In this document: positions 17,781-31,300 of the stretch, piece by piece
How positions within the stretch are numbered: the first letter of the stretch is position 1
How the letters are laid out: every line of letters starts with the position of its first letter
Source of the DNA: the human T2T-CHM13v2.0 reference genome, Homo sapiens
Strand: one strand, 5' to 3'
Assembly: GCF_009914755.1 (NCBI RefSeq)
Contig: NC_060939.1
DNA length: 64,000 nucleotides
Notes under the pieces: model-generated
The model's input: the letters and a program-made list of their open reading frames with translations, nothing else
Told to the model about the DNA's origin: nothing
Database searches by the model: none
Made by a program: the position numbers and the translations under genes

Positions 17781-17802
17781 GGAAAGGTAACAGGTAAGGT
17801 TA
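17781..17802 (+). repeat. 22-bp dispersed direct repeat, copy 2
   Basis: Identical to 16436-16457. Confidence 0.95.
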
Positions 17803-18204
17803 GCTTTCATTTCCCTTCCCAATATGAGCCTTGTGCCCAGAGCCAAGTTGGCGCTCTACCATCCCATAAGGCATCTGGCTGTATTTCCGAGAGCTGCAAG
17901 TCGAATCACTCTCTCAGCTGCCTGGGGGAAAAATGGACCTTCATTTCCTATTCAGGCTTATGATTTATGCAACAATATAAATTACTATGATTCAATAAAG
18001 TAAAGTTGTATAACAAGTACATTAAATTCAGGTGTTCAATATATGAAATAGGATAAAATGTCTGATCAACATTTTTTTTTGACGTGGCAACCAGTGCCTG
18101 AAAAACTCTGCCACACATAAGCATTGACATGCCTGTGCATGGAGGGAGGAAATCATAACACAAAAAATCAAATGGTGATAGCTGCAAACATCAAATACTT
18201 ATTA

Positions 18205-18390
18205 CGTGCTAGGCATCAGAGTGGGTTCTCTGAATGGATTGCCTTATATGTTCCTTTACAGTTATCACTACTGTCCCTGGGATACAGATGAGCAAACTGC
18301 CCAGGGTCACCCAGCTAGTAAATACTAGTGTCTAAATTAATGCCCCGGGCATCTGGGGTCAGAGTCTATGCTCTTGAACACTGTATGCTA
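18205..18390 (-). mobile_element. MIR
   Basis: tacagatgagcaaactgcccagggtcacccagctagtaa is the reverse-orientation MIR core. Confidence 0.7.
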
Positions 18391-19268
18391 TTTCTTCCAA
18401 AATATAGAGGTTGAGGAGTGCAACCCCTGGGAGGTGAGGTGGAGGATCAGCTTTATTTTCTTATTTATCCTTCTCTAGGTTGCAACATTCTTTGTAATGA
18501 AAGCATATAACATTTTTAATCAGGAAAACATGATATTTTCAAGTCTTCCTCTTTTCATATTGTCTGCATTTTAGACAAAGTAAAAAATATCTCAGAACAA
18601 GGAGCCTTTTTCATGAGGTTCTTTTTGGAATTTCCAGGACCAGAGAAAAGTATTAGGATATGGCAAATTGGCAAGCTCCTTTACAGAGATGTCATCTCCC
18701 TCTAAACCTGCTTTTACTCCTATGTAAGCACCATGTTTCTTCTCTCTCACACAAATAATAGGGCCTCTTGACACCTATACCAAAGAAAGCACAAGAAATC
18801 GAGGGGCAAAAAGTCGCATCTAAATGCCCAATCCTGCCATGCTTTAGGAGGATGAACTTGGCCTCTGGGTACAACAATTGTAAAGGCTTCTGCAACTTGG
18901 CAGCATTTTAATAGCATGAGATAATTCCCCATCGTAACAGTAAGAAATATGGAGTTGAGATCAATACAGGGTGAATTAGTAGTCAACAGCAATCAAGTAT
19001 GACAGAGAAAATATGATTCATTTCTTAGAAGGGCTAAGATCTCAAACAGTGTATTGAGACGCATTTGAAGATTGGAGAACTGAGCTGGAAGGAATGCTTT
19101 AATTTAATCGACAAGTGGGTTGGTGGAGCAAGCACAGACACTTAAAGGCTTTTGAGACTTTATTTTCTCTATTTCTGCTGTGACTGCCGAAATCTTCTGG
19201 CTATACTTCCTCCTGCAGCTGCTTCTGAAACCCCAAGATCAGTCCCAGGCAGGCAAAGCAGCTAACCT

Positions 19269-19341
19269 CACACCTTATTGCGTGAAAATGAAGTTTCCAG
19301 CTCAGCATACCGGACAGTAATTAATCTAATTAACAATTATT
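19269..19341 (+). repeat. 73-bp dispersed direct repeat, copy 2 (CpG-retaining, probable donor)
   Basis: 71/73 identical to 17032-17104. Both differences are CpG here and CpA in the other copy. Confidence 0.97.
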
Positions 19342-21102
19342 GGGTAGCGATGAAGCTAAGAATGTCACATCTCGTGGCATCCTTTTTATTTCAGATGGGC
19401 TTTTGAACGTGATTTTTCCTGACATTTAACTGCCTTACCGTATGTCTTTCCTCTTGCAGAGAAATGCAATTTATTCATCAAGGATGCAGGTTCATTTTCC
19501 TTGGGTGCAGGAGATATGAACAAATGTGGATTACCTTAATATGAAAAGTGCTGGCCCTTGGCGCCTGCCTGAATATGAATGTTGGAGGGAATGGAGAAGT
19601 CATTTTCCTTGGTGTATTTTGTCATTAAGCTTGAAGGGTAAAAGCGTTGAATCTAAGCTGCAGTGACACTAGATAGCATTTTTGTAAATAAAAATTGATT
19701 TTTAAATAGTTTTAAACAGTGCCTAACAAAGAAATTTCTTACGAAATATGTGTCTCTGCCCACGTATAGGGGAGGAAGGAGAGTTTATAAATTCACAGCC
19801 CCTTCTTTCCTGCCAGTTTGCGGATCCAGAGATGGGGAGATGGTGGCTTCAGTTGCTGCAAAACTTCTCCAGTGAGGCTTTTTAGATTCTAGATCCAGAA
19901 GAGAAATGCGATAGTCCGTGTGTCTCCCCTTGGTGACTGTTTCGAGTTCAGTGTCTTCCCAATCAAAGCCTGGGGGAGTCACTAAATACAGAAATAATTC
20001 TAATTCATTTTGATGCAGTATCCTCCAAATTCTACCAATCAGCGTGTGTTTCCTCAGGGCAGTGTGTTATTTTCTAAAGAGAGAAGTAGGGCTTGGAGGC
20101 TAGACGGGGAATTCTGAACTGACTTTGGGCACACAAGGGGACGGAGAGATTGATCCCAGAATAGTCAATGAAGTGTCCCCGAAGTCTGCTGCCCCAAGAG
20201 AGTTGAGCTGATCCAACCAAGTGAACTTAAGTGTAAGTAGGGCAGAGGACCTCCCAGTAATGAAGTAATGAACAGCCAATCCCAATAAACCCTGTGTTCT
20301 GTCTCATCCGGAGTTCAGTCCTTTCGTGGAAAATCTACAGGAAGAATAGCTGGTCACCGAGGTGGTTCACATCTATGGCATGTCACTCATGACTAAAAAT
20401 CCAGGGACCAGGACCCTGAGCACTTCTCCAGACCTTCATCCCCCGTGCACACCTGTCAGGAACAATGAAGCTCTGGGTATGAAGCAAATTATGTGGGGCA
20501 GTGGTGGACAGGTAGGGGGAGGTCAGGGCTTCTTAAACACCCACAAATTCTATGAAAGAAGCACGGTCCCCGCTTTGAAGAGATAGTAACTGAGTTTCTG
20601 AAAACTTAAGTGTTATTTAAATATCATCGTTAAGTCACCCAACTTGGAAGTGGTAGAGAGCAGATTCTAACCCCAGCGTGGCTGACTGCAGCAGCTACCC
20701 TTTCGACTCTACCAAGCTGCACGTAATCAACACAAAGTGCCTTGAGCAACATCTTGACCACTCCTAATCTTTGTGTTTGTTCCAGTGATAGCTCGATTAT
20801 CCAAAACATTTGGGGAATGGGGTGTTCTAATAAAACTGAAATTCTACCTTAGCAATAATAGAAATAATAGAAATAATTAGATTGTCAAAATCTGTTTGGC
20901 CCACAACAAGTAACTTCTCCACTCCACCATTATTATGTGCCTGATTTGCACATAGTAATGTGCCTGCAATGGTTATGATTTTTGATCATAACTGTTAGCA
21001 TACTTTATTGTGGTCTTTTTTTCTGTTGTAAGTTCAGTCCAGCAGGACAGAATCTTTCTTGTCACATTTTATACCCAGTTCATGGCACAGATTTAGTCCT
21101 CG

Positions 21103-21327
21103 GTATATATATGTGTGTGTATACATATGTGTATGTTATGTACTATATAGTATACATACTATTATATAATATATAGTAATAGAGTATATATGATAAAATT
21201 ATAGGGAAAATTATATAATATCATGTTGCATTAATATGATACATAATGCATAATATAAAATATATTTTACTATATAATATAGCATACAGTATATGCTATA
21301 GACATATAACACATATATATAAAATAT
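21103..21327. repeat. AT-rich degenerate (TA)n low-complexity tract
   Basis: Read directly from the sequence. Confidence 0.85.
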
Positions 21328-21409
21328 GACAGAATGAATGAATGCAAACACTGTACAGTCTGAGATGAAAGCTGCGAAGAACATTGTTCTGAACGTTCAC
21401 TGATATGAG

Positions 21410-21800
21410 GATATCCTCAGACACAGATGACACCCAGAGTTTGAGTCCAGGTGCTATCTCTGATCAGCTCTGTTATTTATAGGCAAATCTCTTAATCACC
21501 TGAGCCTAGTTAAAAATGAGGATGATTATATGATATGACACATTGGCATCTTCTATGGACCAGACTTAAGTAACCTTCCAATAGTCCTTATTACTCAGAT
21601 GTTATGATTGGCCTCATAGGTGAGAAAACTAAGGCACAGTGAGGTTAAGTAATTTGTTCAAGGTCACACAGCTCAACCATGACAGGCATTCTGAATCCAG
21701 GGTCTACTTGCTTAATTTCTTCACCTGAGAATAAATGAGACAGTATACATATGGCATCTCACACAGCACCCAGCACATACTAAACACTCACTAAATACTA
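21410..21800. mobile_element. Nested MIR fragments (a plus-strand MIR interrupted by a minus-strand MIR)
   Basis: ggcaaatctcttaatcacctgagcc...aaaatgaggat (+); gagaaaactaaggcacagtgaggttaagtaatttgttcaaggtcacacagct (-); agcacccagcacatactaaacactca (+). Confidence 0.65.
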
Positions 21801-24800
21801 ACTAGCTAGCCATGGCCTTCCTTCTTTAATGAGGACATTCTCCAGCTAACCACATGTGCTGTTAAAACTTGATAATATATTTGCCTTGTAAAGAATAGAA
21901 GAAGAAGTCAGTTTGCAAAGATTTTATTTTCAAACTATCTATAAATAATATGTTAAGGGAACTTGCCTTTCTTATTTAAAGGTCTAATTTAGATTCTTTA
22001 TCAAAATGATTTAAAATGCCTTTCACTGGGAAACCATATTTCAAAGACTGTATTTATTAGACTTCTTGAAAGTGTGTTTTTAATGCACAGTCTGACTTTT
22101 TGCCAAACCTCTTCTCTGAAACAGTAAAATTAGAGCAGCCCCCTCTTTAAAGAGTTATATTTATTAGATTTTTACATATTGATACAGTACAATTTATCAA
22201 AATAAATCTAACTGAGAGTTGGCACATAAATCTTCCAACATTCTTTATATCCAGAGTCTCTACTGTCATTTTCCTCTGATGAACATTCAGAGAAGTCTCA
22301 TGGCAAGAAGCTTCTTTTGAAAAGAATCAAAGATGTATCTTCAAGTGTCACTTTTCTGCCACCAACTTCACTTTCCTCATTGCTGTGGTTCCACTTGGGC
22401 CGGAGTGGCTGTGTGTGTTTTATCTGACACTGATAATTTAAACGTAATTACATTTTAAACCTCAGCAGCTGTGAACTCTGTAAAACGTGTGGAGCTCTTA
22501 AGCCAAGCTCTGAAACAACGTTTAAGCTTCTTGGGGCAATGCCGGAAGAATGTCCCCATTTTGCCCCTTTTCATGCTGTAGGCCTTTCGTCTTTTTTTGT
22601 TTAGATTATGGACGATTACTTCGAAAGAAGATGCCTATTTCTAAAAATTATAGCAATCAGATTTTGAGTGATTTCAAATAGTACAAGCATTACCTAAATC
22701 ACCAAAGCTATTCTGGATATGAGTCTTTCTTTTCTAGAACTCCTAGATCTCTCGGCTGATATGTACTAGACACCAATAGCAACATTCAGGGTGGCTGACA
22801 TGCATCTCGTTTGATATACAGGTTACCTGCTTGACAGTGCAGAGGTAAGAAATCCTAGTAAAAAATTAAAACTCATCTCCCTTTTCCAGGACAGAATCAT
22901 TTTAACCCTCAAAATATGGAGCATTGTGAGTACATGCATTGTATTTCCTTTGTTCATGGACCCATTAAATAGTCTGTGAGGTATGGGGCTCCAATGGCAC
23001 CAAACAAATAATGACAAATACAAACGTGATCATTCATGCAGACTAACTTGACTCTTTGTACTGAGGGAGAAAATCGGAAGCATCAGAGTCCATTTTTGCA
23101 CTACTATTAAAAACAATGCTCTTTGAAAATTGAAAGCTGAAAATGAAGATGTGCCAGCACTTGTGCCTTGATAAATGCCCAGTGCTGCTCCTTCTCCTAT
23201 CCCCGTGTCCCCTCCCACTCATATAGTGTGATCTTCCCACCTCTGCCATCTCCAATAACTGTGCTCTACTGGCTGCAATGCAAACAAGTCCAAGCTTCCA
23301 AATTCAGAATCCCAAACCCTTTCTAATCAGACCCTACCAATTTCTCTCGCTGCTTCTCTTGAAAATTAAACCTCCAATTGACAAGCATTGCTTGGACCTG
23401 CCCAGCATTCCTTTCTCTTCTCTAGCTAAAAAGCATTCTGTTTTCCCACTGTTACCATCTTCACCTGCACACTCTAACTTTGACCTCTTTTCAATCCCTG
23501 TGTTTAGTGAATAGAAATTCTTCTGTACATCGAGGGCTAAAAATATCCTTCAGGCTAAACCATCAGACTGTGGCATCTCTTGTGCACAGTGATTAGTTTA
23601 GGAAAAACTTCAAAAACCAGTGAAAACCAAGCAGATGGCCCTTTGAGACCTTGTTAGGAATACTGACAGAGAGAAACTTTCTTTCTGAAGGGTGAGGGGC
23701 TGCCTGGTTTTAACCCAGACTTACTGGGGACCACAACGAAAACAACCCACACCTATGGATGATGCCAAAATAAATAGAAGAAAGAAACCTAGTCTTGAAT
23801 AAATTGTACCTGATTCTACTATGTCAGAATCTCCTTGGACTTTCTGAGTCTATCATGCAGGAAATTGCCTATGGGCTCCAGCTAAACTGAGTTAGTTTTT
23901 CTGTGATTTTCACCATGAGTCCTGATGAATATTGCACCCAGTGCACCAAATGACTTGCATTTCTCTACCCAGGGCTTGGAATTTTGTATGTCTTTGGTGT
24001 CTGTCTGTTTAATATGGATCTATCTGCCTAAAGATATATGGTCCACTTTTGGGGAAAATCAGGACAAAGCTATGACCAGTGTGTGAGATCTGGGCAAGTT
24101 GAGATGACAGAGCAAAGGCAATGGTGGAGAAGACTTCCCTGACAGCTCCAGGCGGGGTCTTTTGCCAATTCCCATCAAAACAAACTGTTAAGTCCTTGTA
24201 CACATCAACCTGATGTCAATAAAATAGAGATAAATGTAGAGAAAATAGCTTTAGGGCCATAAACTCTATTGTGTAAGGAATTTACTTTTCCTTGTTCCCT
24301 AATTAAATTTCATCTTTATTTCAATCACCTATTTCAGCAGGGTTGTAGAAACTTACACCCCAGTCAATGTCATGGAGCCCCTCCAGATGTCCCCAAGCCC
24401 CATGTCCACCTGTATGTCTACTGAGACTTTGCTACCCTGGACCTTGAGTCCTTCTGCAGTCCAGTGAGAGGCTCTTTCTTACTTCTGAATTGCCCTGCAA
24501 GCACAGACATCTCTTGGAGATTGGGCATAGTCCCATCTACTGGGGCATACCAGACAGACCTTCTCTCTCCAAGGATTGGCAAACTCACCAGGCTCCTGCC
24601 CCAAACCTGTCTCTGGGCTCATCTATCCAGGGCTCAGGATCCACTCCCACCCCAGAAGAAATCTGCCTTTATATTAGAAGAAATCATCCCCTTTGCTCAA
24701 TTTTGATGACTCTCCCAGAGGGGCACTTCCTCCTTAATGGTGTACTTAGGAATTACTTTGAAAATTCCTTTAATGGGTTTAGGACTTATGAAACCAAAAC

Positions 24801-27121
24801 CAAGAAACTACTTTTATCTCTCTTTGTTCATTTTACAGAGTTAGCAGAAGCCCACTAATTGCTGGGGAAGGCGGGTTGGGAAGGTGGAGGGTGGAGAAAT
24901 AGAAAATGGAGAGGAGCACAGGCTTTTACTCAAACTTATCTTATTCCACAAAGTACTTCTCAGCCTATCATAAAGTTCTCAGTAGGTCTTCCCAAAAGCT
25001 CTTGGAGCTCCCAGTCAACTCAGCTCCTTCCTTAGGAGAACATGGCTGCCATCTGGGAAGAAAATGAGTCTATGCCCTGAGAAGAAGATGCTTAGTCAAG
25101 CCTCAGGCATGAGCTGAGTTGCAAACAGCCCACTTGTCTTTAGCCATGAGCACCTATCCTTAAGCAAGGGACTGATTGACACAGCAAGATGAACATCAGC
25201 TATATTGCTAACAATGCTTTCTTGCATTTAAAGTATTTTAGAAAACAGGCAGATGGACTTATGATAACCAACCTATAAAGTTATGTAAGTGAGAGAGGCA
25301 AGAACTGAAAAATGGTAGGCTGACACAAGGTCTGGCTTCAAATGGGTTCAGGAGACAGCAAGGAAACCGGCAGTAGAAAGGGAAAAAAAAATAAAAGAAA
25401 ACAGGTAACCAGGAACTCTACTTTTACATTCTTTTCTACTTTACTTCCTGAGCTGAGCCACTGGGTTTTGAGTGTTCACTATTATTTTCTTCACCCATCC
25501 TTCCATCAGCAGAGGGAGATTAATTGAGTCAGGGATGGCTTCTCTTGTACCTTTACACATCCAATCTGCTGCCTCCAGTCACATGCCTCTGGAGACATCG
25601 ATTTACTGAACAAAAGATGTCACCAGAGCCAACCAGGATCAGAGCAGAGACGAGAGATTTTCAGCACTTTGAGTAGAAGGAGGAAGGGGAACTAAAATTT
25701 GTTATGGACCTACTGTGTGCCAGGTTCCATACTAAGCACTTTAACATATTCATTTGTCATTGCAACTCTGAAAGACAGATGTTTTTAATCCTCTTTTTTA
25801 TAACTGAGGAAAAGGAGGCCCAGAAATATTAAAGCTCTTGGTCACGGAGGAATTCAGACCGTGATTTGATTCTAGACCTTCTTTCATTTAAACTACCCTT
25901 TAAAAAAATTAATTTCTAAAAAAATTTGAGTACTGTGTAAAGTACTCAATCTGGCACTGAGACACCAGAAATTTTATGAAATCATCAGCATCTTCCAATG
26001 TGAGAGAAAGGAGCACACCTATAAAGGCAATAAACCAATAAAGAATAAATGATATGGAAAAAAAGAAGTGCATATTGTTCATTTGTCTATACCACCTGAA
26101 GTACAAACATTTGTTGAGCTTCCACTAAATGCCAAGTACTACCTAGCGACTATCGTGTGTTTATACTTTTATACTCAGAAGCCTGTGGGATCAGCATTAC
26201 CAGTATTATATGCATTGTGGAGAGGGGAATTTAATTAATGTGTCCATGTTTATTCAGCTGGTACAAAGAGAAAGACTTAAACCCAGATTATCCGAGGCCA
26301 AGGCATACATACTTTCCACCACGTCAGTAGCTCATTCAAAAACTGACACAATGTTAGAATGTTTCATTCATGTGTATGCATATATGTAATTTATATTTTC
26401 CATTGATATGTTAATTTATTCCAAAATCATGTGTTGAAAGCCCTATGGTCAGAGAACCAAAACAAAACTTAGATCCACGGGATGTATCCAGCGTCCTCAA
26501 GGAGCTTTACAGTGATGGAATCACTGGTCATCAGGGGTGAAAGGACTTGGGAGGAGCAAATCCAGTCACAGTGTCAGCCTTGTGTCCATGCTATGGTGGC
26601 TAGGCTCAATGGGACCGCCTTCTGCTGGGGAACCCACAACACTACATGAACAATACCGGGGCTTCACAACACCAGACATCTGCTCCACAAGCTGATTCCC
26701 TTGGTCAGTTACACACTGCCAGAGCTACCAATATGTACATTTAGCAGATCTACTTAAAGTTTCAGCACAATATTTTCCTTCTGAGACAGAAAAAGAGATC
26801 CTATTTTACAAATCTGCATTTTGAAGTTCAGAAAAACAGAGAGACCTGCAGCCCAGGAGAGCAAGCAGCACTCAAAAGGTGGGGGTTTTGAAAGCAGAAG
26901 TCCTGTGAGAACCCAACAAAATAAGAGGCAAAATCCAACCAAGAATGTTCCTTATACCTGGCAAGGTGCTGCTGAGAGACACGCAGCAGAGATGTAAATG
27001 GCAGAATTCACAGGGAGAAAACTTGCCTCTGGCTCAGTACCTGGCTTCATATATTATTTATCATCTCTCAGCTTTCTGCTATTTTTAAGGGCTTGCAACT
27101 GCAGAATTCTAGTATCTCAGT

Positions 27122-27126
<5 letters not shown>

Positions 27127-27190
<64 letters not shown>
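27127..27190. repeat. (CT)~32 microsatellite followed by a C-rich tract
   Basis: Read directly from the sequence. Confidence 0.98.
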
Positions 27191-27193
<3 letters not shown>

Positions 27194-27888
27194 CCCCCAC
27201 CCCCCTCCACCCCAATTGATGGACAGTAGAATGAATTCTGTGCTGAAAGGTTATAATTAGCTTAGTAATAGAATGTTCCTGACGTGTTGCCATTCTATCT
27301 CTTCCCCTGCCCCTGTGATTGTACTGCAGGTAAAAAAAAAAAAAAAAAGAAAAGAAAATAATCAATACTGGATTTTTATTATTAATATTTGGAAGCTCTA
27401 TAGATGCCATTAAAGTAACATCAACCGCTGTTTCTCTGAGTGGATGATTTTGATCATAGTGATGTTTCTTCCTTGATTCTTGAGAACAATCTTATCACTC
27501 CGAAAGTACGCCTCAGGCCACATTCCCAAGCCAAAGTGCTGATTCTGGAGTCAACATGGTGTGGCCTCACTATGGGCCTTCCCAGGTTTAATAGGCTCTG
27601 ACCTGGAGATTATTTATAAGGACTGATTTGTTAGAAAGGAAAGATTTATATGCGTGCTCTCCACATATGCAGCTGATTTTGTAATCTGAAAAGGAACCAG
27701 CGTTTTCTTTCTGTAACAATGCTTCCCAGAGTGCCACAAAACATGGTGCCAAGAAATTCTCTTCAGTAAGGAATTCACTACTAGAGCAAGACAGAGGGGA
27801 AAAGCCATCTACAGAGATGTAGAGCCATCTACAGAGGAAAAAATGTGGTCTCATCCTTAAAATACATCTTTGAAGCTAAATTGGTCCT

Positions 27889-28160
27889 TATGGTATCCAC
27901 TAAGATGACCCCCCCCCACAGTGATCCCCACTTCTTGTAATACACAATCTTGTATAAACACCTCCCCTTGAATGTGGCCTAGACCTATTAATTCATTTCT
28001 AACGAATAGCATGAGGCAAAGGTGGGGGGATATCACTGATGAGATTAGAGGCACTCTCGTGGCTATCACATAAAAGACATCTTCTGTTTCCCACTGGCTG
28101 CCAGCTGGGGACTTCCATTCACACGGGCTGATCACTGCCTGCTTCTCATGCAGCAAGCAA
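27889..28160 (+). mobile_element. MLT1F/E-type LTR, 5' portion
   Basis: ctaagatgaccccc...gatccccacttctt...ctccccttgaatgtgg...ttctaacgaatag...ggcaaaggtg. Confidence 0.7.
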
Positions 28161-28164
28161 TCCA

Positions 28165-28372
28165 CTCGACAGAGAGAGACAGCACATCAAGAGAGAAGCC
28201 ACAGTCATTTTATAACCTAACCTTGGAAGTGACATCTATCACTTCTACCATAGGCTATTCATGAGAAGCAAGGCACTAAGTATAGCCCACACTTAACAGA
28301 ATGTAAATAAGCTGCACCTCTTATAGGGGAAAAATATCAAAGAATTTGTGGACCTTCTTTTTAAAATTACCC
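28165..28372 (-). mobile_element. MLT1 (J/K-type) LTR fragment
   Basis: ttttataacctaaccttggaagtgacatctatcacttc...caaagaatttgtggac. Confidence 0.6.
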
Positions 28373-31300
28373 TAGCCCCCATCTTGGTGGGTTGGTATGG
28401 AATTCAGGCATTATTTGGGCCACATCCCCTTTCCCAGGTTCACTCCAGAATCCATAGAACATACTTGGCTTCATGGAAACAGGAGAAAAGCTTCTAATCT
28501 CTAATACTATCCTGGGCATAGCTAATATCATCATAGCTAAAGCCTGTGCAATTCCCAGCAATGTGCCTTTGCCTGCTGTTATGCATTCGTTAGCCAGAGT
28601 AGTTACCAAGGCAAGGAACCAAGTGTCTAAGCAGACCATACCTGCATTCTTCTCTGAGCCAGAGTGCTGCCCTTAAGTGGTTCAAAGGTCTCAAGAGCTT
28701 CAGCACCAGCTTCCCTGAATCCTTACAGTCCAGGAAACCACCCTTCCTTTCCTCTCGGAGACACCAAATATCATAGCTTTAATGACCTTCTTCTCTTTGT
28801 CCTGCCTCTCTGGAAACAAGGACATACGCCACCTGGCTGCCTGGTTGTAAGGGAGGGAAATGCAGGGAGAACGGCATACATGTCTTAAGTATTCTGTCCT
28901 GTTACTAAAATGTTTAGGGCACCATTTGAAAGTTCTCTGAAGCACAGAAGAGTACATTGTAAGAAGCTGAAAATGTATGAAAAGATTTTATTTTTCTTTA
29001 ATGATGAATGAAGTGTGTGGGAAACCTTGGAGCATTTTGCTTTGAAAGAGAACTTTTTAGCATAGAAGCAAAAAGCAATTATGCTTGAGTCTTATCATAC
29101 CTCTCTTCAGCAGACAAGGTCTTCTGTCACTCACAGTGTTCCACAAAGGTTTTATACCCTGTTCTCAGTTCACTTTGAGCCCTGTTCACAAATACTGTCA
29201 CCCCAATTCCCCTGAAAGTTGGTCCAAAAAGCATCCTGTTTTATCAGGTTTGAAGCTGGTAAAACAGGCAGTCAGATATAAAACTTCAGAAATTACTCAA
29301 CCACCATAGTCACACATATTCTTTCTCCATTTCCCCAGTTAGGTAAAAAAAATCAAAATCTCTTCCATCCCATTAGATCTTGGAAGCCACCTTCTTCTCC
29401 CCTTATACTTCTTCAACCAAAACAGAAACTCAGAGGTTTACTCCTTCTTTTCATATTTCTCTATTTCTTCAAGTCCTTCCCCAAGAAAGGCCAAGGATAG
29501 GCAGTATCTATTTTAAAGGCCAAGGGCAATTTGGCCACTTATTATTTTAATATATATTCTTCTTGGAGAAACGTCAGCCTGTAGAATATCCTCTGAGAAA
29601 TGAAAATGTGAAGGAAAATTCTTCTGCAACCTTGAAACTTTTGAATTCACTTTTAAATGAAGAGTAGACACGAGGTGTGAGGTGTGTGAATCAGAGCTTA
29701 CTAGTCTTGTTTTGCAGATGTTCATCCGAGTCTGACGAACTTGAACTTTTCTGTGGGCAGCCACTTCATTCAGTCAGCTATGGTCATGTCTGAGCCTTAA
29801 ATCTAACGTTTCTGTGGTTGACTCCTTGTAAAGTACTTTAGGACTCAGTTTGACTGGCTGAGAAAGCTACTTCAAAAATACAATGCTCAGGCTTTAATCA
29901 GGGGAGAGGTATTTTTTTAAGTATGGGTTACACTGCATAAAAAGACCAGGAAAGGACCTGAAACTTAACATGCACGGTGATGTGCCAATTTCAATTATAA
30001 ATAAGGCAAACCCTATTTGGTCGATGTGCCAATATATTCCATTGACATCACATTTCTCACCCAAATGTGCACACTGGCAGAGTACATGCCTTCATCTTTA
30101 TTTTGTTTTTTAATTTGCAACTCACTGTCTTTCAACTGGCTAAAAGGAGCTCAAAAATTATAAACAACCAAGAAAACGCAGTCAGGCTATCTAAAGCATA
30201 GGAGAATAATATATTTTTAGGTACTTTTAAGAATAACTGAAGCAAATGTACTAGAACTAGACTTACCACTTTTTCATAGTGGGATGGACTAAATTACCCA
30301 TTATGTGGGAATCACACATAAAAACCTTTCTCCACATCAAGTGATAGATCAAAGGAAGGGAAGATGAGTGGTCCACAGGCACGAACCACACCTCCCGAAT
30401 TCTGAGACCAGGATCGAGCAGTCTGCATTTTAACTACCTCTCCTTGACATGAAACACTACTCATGTGTCTCCCACTGAGGAAAGTCAGGTCGGCTCAGCT
30501 ACAAAGATTTTCTTCCATTCCTCCCCCCTCCCCTTTTCCATTCCAGCCGAAAGATGACAGTTCACTGACTGGGCTCAGGTGAATCTAATTTAAAATCTGG
30601 ACTCCAGGAGTCCCTCCCATCTGAGCCTTGCAGGGAGGGCATCTGTCAGCATCCCAGTGTGGGTCCGTGGCATATTTACGATTTCAGTGATGGCTTGCTC
30701 ATTCCCACAGCAGCTGCAGTTGCGCCCTCACCCCACCCCCATCTGCACAGAAACTACCCAACCAGATATTCTGACGTCCATTGACAGATAAAAACACAAT
30801 GTGTCCTCCTGTCATCCCTCTGCCCTCTTCCGTCCTCTTTTGGAATAGTAAAGGGCCATCGATATGTCAACTGAACAATCACCTTGCAGTTGCGCTACAC
30901 GTTTATCAATATTCTAAAGAGGCCATTCCTTCATTCTCTCCTTCATTTAACAGACATTTGCCAAGGGTCTCCTTTGGGCCAGTCTCTCACCCAGTCATCA
31001 GGACACAACCATAAACATGCCAGCCCAGTGTCTGACCTCATGGAGCTCACTTCTCTCACACCTTCCACATGGGTAGCTTCTTGACCTATTAGCAATCTTC
31101 CGTTTCTATTAATTTCCTAGCAGCAGATGGGAAATGACAGCCAGGTCTCTGCTGAGGACTTCTATTTCAGAGATGTCCAAGGCCTAAAAGAAAGAAAGAG
31201 CAACCCTGCAGGATTTGCACCATCCCTGAAATGGGAAAATAATAGCAGAACCAGCAAGGCCCCTGGACTGGGAGTCAGGAGAAGCATCAGGCACGTTGCT

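Noticed and set aside
25926-25949. 9-bp inverted repeat TTGAGTACT/AGTACTCAA
   Set aside because: Expected by chance at this length in 64 kb.
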